DNA from: Eledone cirrhosa
Taxonomy: Eukaryota
Assembly: GCA_964016885.1 (NCBI GenBank)
Contig: OZ024742.1
Span: 331,266,001-331,330,000, forward strand
Direction of reading: 5' to 3'
Length of the DNA: 64,000 nucleotides
Shown here: piece after piece, positions 12,983-27,602 of the stretch
How the letters are laid out: each line of letters starts with the position of its first letter
Position numbering within the stretch: position 1 is the stretch's first letter
The notes under the pieces: generated by a model
What the model saw: the letters and a program-made list of their open reading frames with translations, nothing else
Told to the model about the DNA's origin: nothing
The model's database searches: none
Program-made: the position numbers and the translations under genes

Positions 12983-15076
12983 GTGCATACAAAATGTATT
13001 TTCAATATTAGAGATAGCGTCGGAAATAGCATTTATACACCAATCACTTAAAATGCAAAATAATTATGTAAAAATTATAATGGGAAATTAAATAATTACA
13101 TTTTGTACACTGATGACAATAATGCTGCTTGAAGCAAGTCAATCTGAATAATTAAAAATAATACTTTCTTGTTTGTTTTTTCTTTACGTCTGCTATATTT
13201 CTGTTTATAAACTTCTTGATAATTTAATTTTGTCAAAATGTCTCCATTTAAAAAAAGTTATTGTTTGTTGATAATCTTTTTTTTCTTTTTGCTTTTTCAT
13301 ACTGTTTAATGTGTTTCATTAAACGGCCTTGGGGAAACTGACTTGATATGTTTTCACAGTTTTTTAAATGAAATAAATTTCATGTTGATTGTGGACAATT
13401 TTTATTTGGTTTACGTATGTTACACTAGAATATATAAGAAATGAGAATTATTAGCTATGCTATCTCTAGATATCTCTGCATTCATGTCTCACCTATGTCA
13501 AATTTATTTTTTCCTACTTTTACAGAAGTCGATAAATATAACAATACTTCTCTCAAATCTGCTCTCTTATTTTCTTTTCTGCCACACCCTCACTGTTTCT
13601 CTCTCTCTCTCTCTCTCATTCTTTATTTATTTCTACCCCTCTCTCTTCCTATTTTGCTTTTTCCCACTGACTGCAAATCTTGTATGTTCTGACATATAGA
13701 TGGATGGGATTGACCATATTTAAAATGCCCATGGCGGATATGACTCCATCAAGATTTCACAGCCCATGAATGGAAAGTTATTTCAATGTGTGCATCTAAC
13801 TCACCAAAGCAGCATTTGAAAAATAAGACCAGCACTGAAACACTTGTTAGATGGAATAATCATAATGTTGTGCCTCATAACATCATGAGATTTGTTATGT
13901 TTGTTTTTAATTTATTACGAGCATGTAATTTATTGGTGTCTATTTTATTAGAGTATAATCAATTAAAGCTACATCACCTTAGATTGATTACGCAATATCA
14001 CAGCGAATATGTTTAGTATGATTAGGCATTAATGAGTTTTTCAATCGTTTAGCAGAAAATTATGCAATAATCAAAACACTCGACACGGTACGTATCACCA
14101 TCATAGATTCGGTATGTCGTGTTTGGTGCAGGATCAGTGTTAAATATTTCAATGCAAATTAGAAATCCAAGTTCCAATATATTCCTTTGAAATTGCACGA
14201 TTATATAATACGTATATGTATGGCCGGCTAGTTCATCAGATGTCATTAGCATATGATATTTAATAGTAATCCCGGCTGAGAAACAGCAAAGTATAAACAA
14301 ATAATTCATACAGCCGTGGCCTGGCCAGTGATGCGATCAGCGACTGTACTAAATGTGATTAATAGATCTATACATTTGGCAGCAGAGCTGACAAAATATT
14401 TACTGGGTTTGATGTGATTTTCTCCGTCCCTTGAAGAGAATATCACAACATGACTGAACTTTAGCCAGTAAATTAATAAGGAAAATATATTAAGATGAAT
14501 TGATTTGATATTATGTCTACGTTTTAAAGGTGACGGTGTGTACCGATATCAGAATACAGTATTCCATTTAAAATTTCTATATATTGTATTCAGTTCTTTA
14601 AGTCTAAAGAGATTTACCTGTTAAATTATTTTGATTTAACAGCACCTGGTGTGTATTAATCCTGACTAAAATAATATTTCTTTATATGTATCTATCATAT
14701 AATAGTTTAATGTGTTATGTTGTGAGGTTTCCTCATTGGATTCAGTAAAGTGAACAAAGAGGATTATATACTACTGGCCAGATTTAAAATATCATCAATA
14801 ATGAAAAGATGTAAAAGTATGCAACATTTGAATATTATTCCATTGATCTATAATTAGGCAAATTCCATTATTTTATCAACTCGAGCACGGATGTAAGCAG
14901 CATGAGACTATCAGCGAATAGTCTGCAAAGTGGATATCGGTAATATATATCTATGTGTGTGTGTGGGTGTGTGTGGGTGTGCGTTTATACACCCCCCCCC
15001 CACACACACACCCCCACACACACATATATACACCCCCCCACACACACGTATATATATATATATATATATGTGTGTG

Positions 15077-15215
15077 TGAAAAACCACAGACACTCCATCT
15101 CAACTCTACTTTTGAAAAGCAGAAGAACTGCGAAACCGGTAAAGGAACCAAATAAATATATATATTGTTTTTAAATAAGACTCCAGTTGCATTTTCGATT
15201 TCTAATTTTTTTCTA
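15077..15215 (+). mobile_element. Family A PLE remnant with U3-A8 hammerhead (15108-15145)
   Basis: Match to 57-195. Core TTGAAAA retained. Confidence 0.7.
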
Positions 15216-18114
15216 TATATATATATATATATATAATATAGGTATGTTTATATATCATTGTATTCATTATGCAGTTACTCATGGGATTAGCCTGTTTCTC
15301 ACAGGGTAATGTGACACGAAGGTTCTTGTCTCGTGATCCTGTAATGTACATGGGAAATGCAAGAGTAACAAGACACTATTTAGCATTAAGAAAAGTAATA
15401 TTTAAATTCAACTTCGGTATTGAGTACATTTTTCTCACAGCTGTCAACTACATACGGATATATATATATATATATATTTATATGTAAGTCGGTGTTTTAT
15501 TCCATTAAATATACCCCTCCCCCTATATTGGTCGACTATATCATATTATATATTAAGCTGTTCAATGAATATGGAAGTAACAATCTTATTCAATATAGTT
15601 TATATATTGATAAAAACATTAATCCTTCTTTAAATTACTATTCCCGTGGACGAAATGTCTTTATATATTTGTTATTTGCTAGAAGATTATGTTTGGTTTC
15701 ATTACTTCCACTGACCAACCTAAGCGTATGTTTATGGGTGTGCTAATATTTAAATGATATAGGATACTACAGAAGCCATAATAATACTACCATGAAAACT
15801 GAGATAACGTACACTGGTAACAAAACAAATCTTGTCTCTCGTTGCTGAAAGCGAAATGTAGTCTGCGAAAAGTTAAGAGTTGGTTATAATAAACCGACAC
15901 GTAACAGTCGGCAGGCTACATGCTTATTTAAATATCAAGAACTAGCAGGCACATTTCCCTTAAAGCGTATGCAAGCTCCTGAAAATCAAGATCCAAGAAT
16001 TCAATGGACAATTTGGTCGCAGAAATATGACTAATAGATAATTAATATGCTTTTAGCCAAGTCATGGCAAGTAAATTTTGCGACTAAATCATGTTGAATT
16101 CCCTGATACTAGAGAAAGCAAAACGCCTTCATTAGATTCAGCGTGTATTTAGCACTTATTCATAAGTCAATTGTCTTATTCATCACAATAGAAATGATAT
16201 TTGTGGTGGAGTTAAAAATGATAAATTTAAGATTAGTTATTATAGAATACATTGAAATTTCCGGATCATCTATCTGTAATTTTGCCTCAGATGGCTTCCG
16301 ATAAAATACTATACACCCCTTGTATTTTGTAGGCAGTCGAGATGACTCTACCTTTATTGGATTCTTATCGGTAATGGATCAAATTCCTGAATGGCAGGCA
16401 GGCATTCCACGGCGTCAAGCATGCCATTTCGTATGGAACAAAATTACAACTATCTCTCCACCTGCTATACTTTGTTTCCCATTGACATACATCATATCAT
16501 ATTCAGTGGTATGATCTTACTACACGATAGACCGATGTCGTTCTCGATTGCTTCTTATACATCACTTATCTTAACTGCATGATATGGTGGCAGTATGTCT
16601 TCCAAGTGTTGTAGCCAGCAGTCTTAAACAAATGTTTCAGGTACTGTGATTCGGTAATTCGCAGGCTTAGTTGTGCTGTTATCTAGTTAGGGAATAGGTG
16701 TTGGTGATTCAGGAGGTTGATATTAATTTCTGCTGTCTTCTGTGTTGCTCATGATCCGTACAATACCAATTCATATTCTGATAATTTAAGAGTGTGTAAC
16801 AACGACGAAATCATCACGTACGCAACGCTTTTCACCATAATGCCTGAGGACGATACCTCAAATAACATCAAACACAATAACATTAAAATAGTCTAAATTG
16901 ATGGGAGATGGAAAGTAAAATTTAAGTCAACTACAGTAGAATGAAGTTGTATATGACAATTCATTATCCAATATGTTACCTATTGAATTGCAGAACATAT
17001 CATCTATCTATTTCCATAAATGTACGTATTTCTATGTTATTTAACTCACAATGTATTCTCCACCATCGTGGCGAGAGGCGTAGTGTCCATAGTACTATCA
17101 CGAGTTCAATTTCTGACCTGGTATTATTCATGAGCAAAACACTTTATTTCATGCTGCTTCATTTAAATCAGCTGAATATGATTACAAGTAGCAGCTGTGG
17201 GCTAAACGTCCTATCTAGTGGGAACTTTTCTACACTCCGTCGTTTAACGTTAGTTGAACTGGTATAATTTCCTCACTTTTGAAGGACTAATTTTATTTTT
17301 TAGTTAGTCATCCCAAGTGTCTCAACTTCATCGAATTAACGCTAGAGGAGATGTTATATTAAGGCCGAACAATCGTTTTTGGAAATGCATATATTCAACT
17401 ACGAGAATCTAAATTAATTAGGAGGTAGGATGTTAAGCATGACATAATGCATTACCAGTTTCATTATTGTTACACATTACAATGAAACGAATAAGTGATA
17501 CGTGGCTGGTTGTAAATTGATGCAACTACTGAAGCATTAATTTTTAATCAGTAAGCACACACATACAGATCCACATACAGTCGTACATACACAAACATTC
17601 ATATATATACACATATATTTTTGGACACGGTCAAACACGTACACGCACACACATACACGCACACACACATTCACACGTACATACCTTCCCCCATATATAT
17701 ATATATATGTGTATGTGTGTGTGTATATATATATATAAGTATATACATTTGAAAATTGGGTTAAAAGCTTTTTGCCGTATTTTGGCTAAAAAGGTGCATA
17801 TACACGCCGTGAACAGAAACAATGGGCATCGACACATAATTTGTTTGTGGGGGGGGGGGGGGGTCTTAATTTCGTATTCGATTCGTTCATTTCTTTAATA
17901 GCTGGGATATTTTCTTGAATATTAATTTGTTTTCTATGTTATGTTTGTGAGAACTTGACTTCCTGATGTGTGCCATCACGTCGTCTCAGATGAATTTTAG
18001 AGGTTCTAACGTTAAGAGTATACGAAAGAGCGTAGATCACTATTTATTAAGAAATGTGATCGCAGTCGTTGTAGATAATAATTTTGGGTCTATTATATAT
18101 AAAATATATAAAAA

Positions 18115-18305
18115 GGCGGTGGATTAGCAGTATCGGTAGTGGGTCGGACCCCATGCTTTGCAGCAAGGAGTTACGGACCTTTATCGTCTGAGTTCAAATG
18201 CCGCCGCGGTTAACTTTGCCTTTCATCCTTACGGGATCGATAAAATAAAGTACCAGTAATACACTACGATAATTGCTGGCGTTGTGCCAAAAGTAGAAAC
18301 AATTA
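18115..18305 (+). mobile_element. tRNA-derived SINE, full length
   Basis: A-box-like head, B box gagttcaaatgcc, central gcctttcatccttacgggatcgataaaataaagtaccag (Meta-domain-like). About ten related copies in the window. Confidence 0.85.
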
Positions 18306-18637
18306 TATATAAAATGCATAATATGACAGCTGCAGCTTCAAATTTGTCTTCCTCGTGAAGTGGTTATTTAGGTTGGATTGTGTATGGTGCGTTGCGCAGA
18401 ATATGTGGTCCGCGTATGATTTGAGAAATGTGAAGTGTGAGCACGGCTTGTTTGGAATGAGCTATAGGTACAGTCTGGCTTCCGCTTTAGGATACTTGCG
18501 AATAATTATGGTCATTTAGTAAGTATGCATACACATGTAGAGAAAACTGATAGGAGTAATAACGCTCAGATTTACGTATACATATTTAAATATCCATACA
18601 TTTTAGCAAAATATGAGAAAGTGCGTGCGTTAAATAT

Positions 18638-18696
18638 AATTGTTTCTACATTTGGCACAAGGCCAGCAATTATCCCAGTGCATTACTGGTACTTTA
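18638..18696 (-). mobile_element. 5'-truncated SINE
   Basis: aattgtttctacatttggcacaaggccagcaattatcccagtgcattactggtac. Confidence 0.75.
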
Positions 18697-19383
18697 GTTA
18701 AACATGGCGGGATATTCGATTCCTACCTAACTTATTATTCGTTTATCTGGGGTGTCTGTGTGTGACATAGTAGTCAAGCATTCTACTGGGAGTATTGTAA
18801 TGAAAACAAAGCAAATAACAAAGTTATATGTATAGAACTAATTGTACGATATTTAAGTCCTACAATGCATAACGAATATGGCCATTTAAAAGTTGAGACA
18901 AATGCATGCATGTAATACTGTATTGCGCAGAAGGAAACACTTTTAAGCTAGTTTTAGACACCCCAAGGAAATATCACATGAACAGGTAACTTAACAAAAA
19001 ATAAATAAATAAAGAAGAGGGGAGGCGTGTGCATCGCAGAAAAGACAGTAATATTAACAACGGATTCAAGATGTTGTGTGGTACTGCAGTTAAATGCCGG
19101 TTATTGCAATGCTTATATCTCCTAATGGTTGATCCCTAACGCCACAAGTAACTGCTGATTATTGATAAGAAACAAATTACATGAGCGTACGCTACATATA
19201 CAGATTTCTGCACCAAATTATGTTTGCAATCTCTGCACGGTTTTCCAGTATATATTAAGACATTTTCCTATTATTTTATTATTTCAAGCGTTAAATTCAT
19301 ATAATTCTTCATAGTACTATTACGTTTGCTTTGTTATATCTGTTTATATTTACACATACATACATATACACGCACGCAGATAC

Positions 19384-19453
<70 letters not shown>

Positions 19454-19550
19454 AGTGCGTCTGTGTATGTGTGGGCGTGTGTGTGTGCGTGTTTGTGTGT
19501 ATAAGTATGTTTGTGTGTATATATATATATATATATGCACAAACATACTT

Positions 19551-19604
<54 letters not shown>

Positions 19605-20951
19605 CTAACGGAAAAAATAAAGGATACAATTTAAGAATATTTACTCACACCTACACTTGCATACATACATATGTAGATACATATATATATATATACATAC
19701 ACATACACATATATATATATATATATATATGCATATGGGTGTGTATGTGTGTGGTTGCAAATGTGTATTCATGTGTTTTTTAAATTTAGCCTTTATTTTT
19801 TTCCACAAATACAGATAATGAGCTACATTCTTTCACTGGTTACACGCTCAGTTACCCCATGATTCCGTCATCGATCGTTTTGGAAAGACTGGAAATTACA
19901 GCAGTGTAGAAATATAGGAAATATAACAGTTGGACGAACAATTATGGTCATTTAGAGTGTATGCATACATATAGTTTTAAGTATTTACACAATGTCTTCC
20001 ATATAATCTAGAATCGGATCATCCAAAAAGAAAACATAACAGAATGGATTATTTTGAATTCTCTAACGTAACATGCACTGAACTGTTATTCTATTTATTT
20101 GTCTGGCACATTTGGTGGAAAAAGACACACAATAAGTGATGCTGAATGTCAATATATTAGACAAGGGGAAAAGTTGTAAATCTTCCATATCCAAATATAT
20201 AACTTACACCATGGAATTTATTTGGCTACATGACAATATCATTACAACAAATCTTATAATTTAAATATTTAAATTTTCAGATATATTTCCTCCCAGTGTT
20301 GATCATTTTAGTTTGTTCAGGATTTAATATATGTTATTAAAGGTAAATAAATATCTGCAGTCGAGTTTGTAGATATTTGAAACAGTTGATTCTGGGTTCG
20401 ATTCCCCAATACGGCCATACAGTGTCGTGTCTTCTACGATATACCCGATTTTATAAAGGACTAGTTCATGTAATTTAGCAAACTGAAACACTACACAATT
20501 CAAATCAATTCACATGAGCTTTTGCGGTAACAGTGATCACTGGGTTACTGTCCGCCGTATACAGGATTATAGGTAGATGAAAAAGGATGTTTGATCAGAA
20601 TGTATCATCGTGGCCTTCCAACTATTTATAAACCCTGAAGAACCAGGGTCACTCTGGAGCTATACTTCGTCACGAGTGTAGTGTGATACGAATAACCATG
20701 AATCTCAGAATGACTAACTGATTCATTTTGGAAATAAGATACGCCCGGAGAAGGCAAAAGACAGAGACCAACAAGCAAATAAGACAAACTATAAAGAACG
20801 GTACAAAAAATCTAAAATGAAAGATTGTTGCAGAATAACATTTATCTACCACGAAGACAGAAATACGACTCCTCCTTGTATGAATATCGAATGACTTAGG
20901 AATTGGTAATGATGATATTACTGGAATTCTATAAGAATCCAGGGTGTGCGT

Positions 20952-20994
20952 GGCTCTGATGATGGCGCAAACAGCGTGAAACAGACTGTTAGCT
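20952..20994 (+). ncRNA. Minimal hammerhead ribozyme
   Basis: ggct-CTGATGA-tggcgc(aaaca)gcgt-GAAA-cagact-GTT-agct. Confidence 0.65.
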
Positions 20995-21039
20995 TCTCTC
21001 CCCTCTTTCGCCGAAAAGAATTAAGTAACATTGTCACCA

Positions 21040-21666
21040 CTTTAAAACTGATAGCGTATGGTCTTCAAAATGTTTTTAATTAAACATACGTTATATTGCC
21101 AAATATACTAAACATACATTCATGTATACATCGCTATTTTAGAGCACCAATACTCAAAGATTCCAAGTAGTACATCCGAGCATTTGTATTAAATCAAAAG
21201 TAGGATGATATGTATAAACACACCAAACAATTACATGGGATAATTTGTAAAGAGTGTAACAACAAATAGTTACAGGGCTAACATAAATAACTTTGATCAT
21301 TTTCGGCCAGTATTGGCCCAGGCCATGTCTTTCAAATCAGAATTTGGGTACAATGACCCACTCAATAATAAGGAGCTGATTATACAGAACGATAGCCGGT
21401 CCAGCAAAAATTAGATATTAGGATTGGTGCCCTGAAATAGCGATGTATACATGAATGTATATACCGTATGTTTAATTAAAAGCATTTTGAAGACCATACG
21501 CTACCGATTTTAAAGTAGACACTATGCCACATACATCCTTTCAGTGAAAGCTACTATAAAACCGATAGCGTATGGTCTTCAAAATATTTTTAATGAAACA
21601 TACGGTATATTGCCAAATATACTATACATGCACTCATGTATACATCGCTATTTCAGAGCACCAATC
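21040..21666. repeat. Three copies of a PLE-type end (21040-21152 +, 21422-21520 -, 21545-21666 +) downstream of the HHR
   Basis: Shared gatagcgtatggtcttcaaaat...catcgctatttcagagcaccaat. The last copy abuts (TA)n. Confidence 0.75.
21287..21400 (-). mobile_element. 5'-truncated 3' end of a relative of the 4412-9127 LINE
   Basis: Minus strand: ttgagtgggtcattgtacccaaattctgatttgaaagacatggcctgggccaatactggccgaaaatgatcaaagtta aligns to 9010-9117. Confidence 0.85.
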
Positions 21667-21667
21667 G

Positions 21668-21729
<62 letters not shown>

Positions 21730-22570
21730 ATCTGTTAGACACGCAGTGACTAACAACATAGTGTTTTAAGTCTGAGTGTCTGACATATATGCGTAGCTTG
21801 TGAATAAAACATTCAAGGGGTGTCACTGGCCGTGGTAATCGCTGCCAAACATGTTTTGTAATGTATCGTCTTATTGGCTAAATTCATCGTCTTATTGGCT
21901 AAGCAACCAACGAGAGTAATTGTTGCTCAAAAGCATTCACGATTTTGTTTGCACCTTTATTTATCGTTTCGAATCTTCCTGTATTTCGTCGTTTTATCAT
22001 CAACATATTTTTCTCGTTTGGGTAAGTTATATTGTTTATATTTATATGATTTTTTGAATTCATATTAACTATTTTTTTTTCAGTTCGTTATAACGTGCTT
22101 ATAATATTGGTTGTATCATCTTTACTTGTATATATGTCCATATTATTGTTCGTTTCATGTTAAATTATTTTCTTCTTATTATGTTACATTATTATTTTTA
22201 TTATTATGTTAGACTATTTGTATGTAATATTTAATTTTTATTAATTCAACTATAAGAATTATTATGTAAAATATATTTATTTAGTATTGATTGTTTTTTG
22301 TAGTTTTTTATATTAAAAGTCTGAAAATATTTTTACACATTTTACAATAATATTTATAAGATCATTTATAAAATAACAATTATATAATCTAATTACATTA
22401 CAACGATAATTTATTATTAGTATATATCATGTTTAACTAGAGTTATTACAAGCGTTGCGTTAAACAAATATTAAACTAGACCTGAAAAATGCGCAAGCTC
22501 AAATGAGCCACAGAATGTTATAATAAACCATCAAAAGTGTGGGACTAGAGTTGTTGCTCAAAATTATTAT

Positions 22571-23325
22571 AGACGTTCAATCATCTGGCAGGAAGGTATA
22601 CGGTGCTGACGATAGCTAATAAGCTTGAACCTAGTACATCGTTCCTTTGTCAGTGTTGAACAAAAGGGCAACGATGGTTCCTAAACACTGTACGGCTTAA
22701 ATTGGGATGTTTGTTTACAAACACACCGAGCATTATAATAAATGTTCGGTAAATCCATACGTATATATATATATGTGTGCATGTATGTATACATATATAT
22801 ATACATACTACTGTACATATGTATACATATATGTATGTACGTATACATACTTGTATTTAAGTAACATCCGTACTAAGAATCAGAAATGAAATTTCGTTTC
22901 ATTTTTTCCGTTTATAGTTTTCGGTGCGCCCGGCCGATTAACTCACTTGATATGCAAATTAGGGTGCTCAGCCGTTAATATGCATAATGAAAGTATATAC
23001 TTTCAGATGTTCAATCATCTGGCAGGAAGGTATACAGTGCTGACGATAGCTAATAAGCTTGAAACTAGTACATCGTTCCATTGTCAGTGTTGAACAAAAG
23101 GGCAACGATGGTTGCTAAACACTGTACGGCATAATTTGGGATGTTTCTTTACTAACACACCGAGCATTATAATAAATATTCGGTAAATCCCCATACGTAC
23201 ATATATATATGTGTGCATGTATGTATATATATATATACGTACTATTGCACGTCTGTATACATATATGTATGTACGTATACATACTTATATTTCAGTAACA
23301 GCCGTACTAAGAGTGAGAAATGAAT
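22571..23325 (+). repeat. Direct repeat with 434-nt period; each unit carries a hammerhead motif (22601-22641, 23035-23075)
   Basis: Copy 2: gtg-CTGACGA-tagct(aata)agctt-GAAA-cta-GTA-cat. Copy 1 has GAAC. Confidence 0.85.
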
Positions 23326-23466
23326 AATATATATATATCATCCTACTTTTGATTTAATATAAATGCTCGGATTTACTACTTGGAATTTTTGAGCATATTC
23401 CACAGGTGGTATGGCGCATGATACTGATATTCCAAAACATGACATCTTCATATAATGTTTGCAAAG

Positions 23467-23528
<62 letters not shown>

Positions 23529-23529
23529 C

Positions 23530-23562
<33 letters not shown>

Positions 23563-23819
23563 GGAGATGTGTGTGTAGTTTAATGTTTTACAACTTTACG
23601 TTACCATTGGTTCACCAAACTGAGCATTCGTGGCATATGTAGGTCCGATGTATTAAGGGTGTGGTGATGTATACATGGCTTTATACTCTGGCTGGTCTCC
23701 TTAATAAGTAGAGTGTTAATAAGAATAACAATGATTTCTAATATAGACACAATACCAATTTGGGGGACGGTGACAGTCGATTAAATCGATCGCAGTGCAT
23801 TACCCGAGCATTTAACTAT

Positions 23820-24085
23820 TTGGCGTAGACCTGATTAACGTTTTTCAAATTTCATTTGAAAAAGAAAATCAGTTTGTTGAAGGATGGGTTAGAGAGGCGA
23901 GCGTCTCCCGAGTGAATGGGCGTTCACTGTGTATATACCTGCAGACTGAGACGGAAAACTGTGAGAGTGCACATGCCCTGGTCGTTATGTTCACCGTGCC
24001 TTTTGTGGGCTTTTTCCGCGTGTGACACGCGGATATCTGCACCCTGTTGGATAATATTTCTTTGTTTCGAACTTTTGTTAAATCC
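23820..24085 (+). mobile_element. Possible 3' end of an L1/Tx1-type LINE
   Basis: Coding-like remnant FKFHLKK/ENQFVEGWVREASVSRVNGRSLCIYL followed by a GC-richer UTR. Family assignment tentative. Confidence 0.3.
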
Positions 24086-24116
<31 letters not shown>

Positions 24117-24217
24117 TTTGGTTTTTCTCTATTATACATGTAGAAACCCATATGTGTACCGCCCGGTATCGCCTTTAATCTGTTCTTTTATATAAACACT
24201 TGTGGTTAATAAAAATG

Positions 24218-24360
24218 TATTATTATTATTATTGTTGTTATTGATGTTGATGTTGATGCTCTTGTTGTTGTTGTTGTTGTTGTTGGTCTTCTTCTTCTTC
24301 GTCTTCTTCTTCTTCTTCTTCTTCTTCTTCTTCTTCTTCTTCTTCTTCTTCTTCTTCTTC
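24218..24360. repeat. Compound trinucleotide repeat (ATT/GTT/CTT)n
   Basis: Direct reading. Confidence 0.95.
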
Positions 24361-25198
24361 ATCTGCTTTCTACTGCTGATATTGTTGTTGATCTAGTAGT
24401 GAATGCTGATTTCGTTATTTTCCTCGTTAGAGTTATTGATGTTTTTATTATTCACCTTGGATGGTCTTCATCTATATTATTCTAAGAGATATATTTTCCT
24501 CATTAAAAACCTATTTATAATGTGTTAATTTATCGTAATTCTAGTTGTATTTATATGTATATATATTTTGACTTTCGATTAAATGAATAATTTATAACTT
24601 CGTCTTTAACAAATATATCGTGATTTAATTGAAAACAAATACCAAACCGAAAATAACAAAAACAAATGTTATCGGATTACTAATAGAAAAGACACTCGTG
24701 TTTATAATGGAAATATTGTAATGATAGTACACTACGTTTGTTATATATTTGGCCATTTGTGTGTAAGTCAAGTACCATTCACTACACAATGATCTCGATA
24801 CCAAAATAAGTATATTTAATACAAACAATAATGAACGAATGGTGAAAATAATGCATGCTCTAATCACAGACGTACAGTGGAGTTGGCCTGATTTAAAAGT
24901 CGGAGGATATAAACATACTTTTAATTATTAAACATATTTACAATTTTGTAATAAGGTTTTTTTTTAATAACGTTATGAATTTACCCAACATACTTTTCTT
25001 CTGTCAAATAGTTATACTTATATGCTTTTACTGCTTTCAGGCATATATATGCTCCCATGTTAGGGCGGCACCTTGAACGGATCTTAATAGATTATAAAAA
25101 AGGAACATATATTTACTATGGATACCAACTTATTTTATAGATTCCCTTTTATATAATCCTTAAGTTACTGGACATTGCCAAACAAACATACACACACA

Positions 25199-25238
<40 letters not shown>

Positions 25239-26092
25239 CGTACACACACACATATATATATATATAATATATATATATACGTCCACACACACACACACCC
25301 ATATATACACACACATTGTGTATGCATGTGTGTGTATGCATGAATGTATGTTTAATACGTTCGATCGATAGGCAAATTCCTCGATTACTGATTACCGGTT
25401 ATTTATTATATAATTATATATTATGATATGAAAATGATTATTGTGTTTAATTGCAGATAACATATTATAATGTTTCATAATTCATCACAATTATAGATAT
25501 ATATAGTTTTGGAGAAAATTATTTCAAAATTGTTTATTAGACTAATTAATAATTTTAATTGCCATTGAATTGAATCATTCACTAGTGTAACCTTATACAC
25601 ACCCGATCTATATTCTGCACCAATATATCTAGGTTTCCCTTTTGTTTAATCATTCGTTGTGTGACAGGAACATCAACATGTGTAGTTTAAGTAGTTGTAT
25701 TGACGTAAAGCCAAATGTTTTGAAAAATTACAGATAAACAGACATACACGGGAACACTTAATATGCTTACTAACACTTAGTTTTTAGCTTGTATTTGATT
25801 GTGAAATATACATTTGTTTGCTTTAGTATTTTAGCAGGAATCGTTTCTAATGAAATTCTGTATATTTTAAAATATGTATATTTTAAAATCTATATATTTT
25901 AAAAATATTCATTTTTATTTGCAATATCTATATCTAATATGTTGGTGGATTAGTAGATTTTATAGAACATCAAACCAGATATTGTATATTGTGGCATTTT
26001 TGTTACATCCTAAATTGGTTTCAAAATATAGTGCAATTCACTTTTCATTTTGTATGGTTCGACAAAATAATTATTAACATGTTGATTTAAAG

Positions 26093-26407
26093 CAGAAGTT
26101 CTTAACAATTTGGGGCTACCGTTCCCTGACGTCCCCACCCCAATTTCTAAAGAGATCTCTGCGTAGACGAAAATTGTAAATAATATATAAATATAATCGT
26201 TAATATTTATATAATAAATAATATATATACTATGTATAAGTACGTATTGTATATTTTGAATTTTACTATATTTATATATAGTATGTATCATTTGATATTT
26301 TATATATCATATCATCTCTACTGCTCCTCACACCACCCCCGTAGACACCCTGACCTCCATAAGCCCGGTAGCGGGGGAAGCGGTAGCGCCCAGTTTGTGA
26401 ACCTTTG
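26093..26407. mobile_element. Degenerate hAT/Charlie-like MITE
   Basis: Ends cagaagttcttaac ... gtttgtgaacctttg form an imperfect TIR. Flanking 8-mers atttaaag / ttttacag match at 6 of 8 (possible TSD). Confidence 0.4.
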
Positions 26408-27511
26408 TTTTACAGTATTGTCTTTGTGTGTAGGTTATGGATATATATTTATATTTACAATACATTTCGGTCGTTGTCATTCATGTTTCACATCGTTATT
26501 TGTGGATACAGGCAATAAACGACTTGAAGTTAAGCAAGCACGTTATTAATGTGTATTTTTGAAATAAAGTCTCATTTCCCGAATGCATTCGGATATTTTG
26601 CACTATTTAAATCATATCAGACTTTCTGACAATCAGATACAAAACTGACCATTGAAGTATGTGTAGATACAGATATTAAAACATATTTAATCACTAATGA
26701 TGAATTTACACCTCTGAAAATTCATAATCTCATGAATTTGACAGTTACTTTAATATTCCTTTAACACTGAAACCCATTTCTCAAAATCTCATATGTTCTT
26801 TGTGTTATTTTACATCAAGTTCGTGCATTTCTGTTATGGGGCTCAGTTGGAGACGACATAAAGGTAAGCGAAAAGCGGTGAATTGTTCGAAGATTTAGAG
26901 CGGACCATAGTAAAATGTGTGGGATTCTTTCTACCTCTTTGCGTTCCTGCAGATATAAAACTTATCATTCATCATTTTTCTTTGATATATGAAGTATCAT
27001 TCTAATACATTGATGATTTGCCCCCAAGTCCATTTCGTTATATCTTCTTAACAATTTAATTATGTATGTTTCGCTCTCACATTCTCTCCCCACTTATCCT
27101 CTACATTGCACTAATAATTCAATGGCCTAGCTTCTTTTGCGTGGTTTCTCACCGACTCAGCAAAATTATTGATCTAGTATTACACAGTTCTGTAAAATGC
27201 ACATCATTTTAAGGATTAATTCCAATAGAAAAAATTAAATCCATCTTACAAATAGATGCTCAGCTTTGAGAATGATGAAGGACAGCCATATATATTTTTC
27301 TGCCAAATAGATGACTAAATACACACAGGCCTTTAACAGTTTTCCGTTACTTGCTCTTATCATCTTGTGACTTTCTATTTCATTCTGTCTTCTTCATTCC
27401 ATATTCTGAATAAGGAGTAGTGAAGGTAACCTAAACACAATTTTCCTACTATATCAAGTGTTGATTTAATATATGTCTTCATTGTATTCTGCTGATTGTT
27501 TTGTTGTTCAC

Positions 27512-27595
<84 letters not shown>

Positions 27596-27602
<7 letters not shown>

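Noticed and set aside
18115-18205. tRNA-like A/B boxes
   Set aside because: These are SINE heads. There is no cloverleaf and they continue into the SINE body.
26864-26952. Intron-like segment (AAG|GTAAGC ... pyrimidine tract CTGCAG|)
   Set aside because: Good splice signals, but no supportable flanking exons or ORF. Needs RNA-seq.
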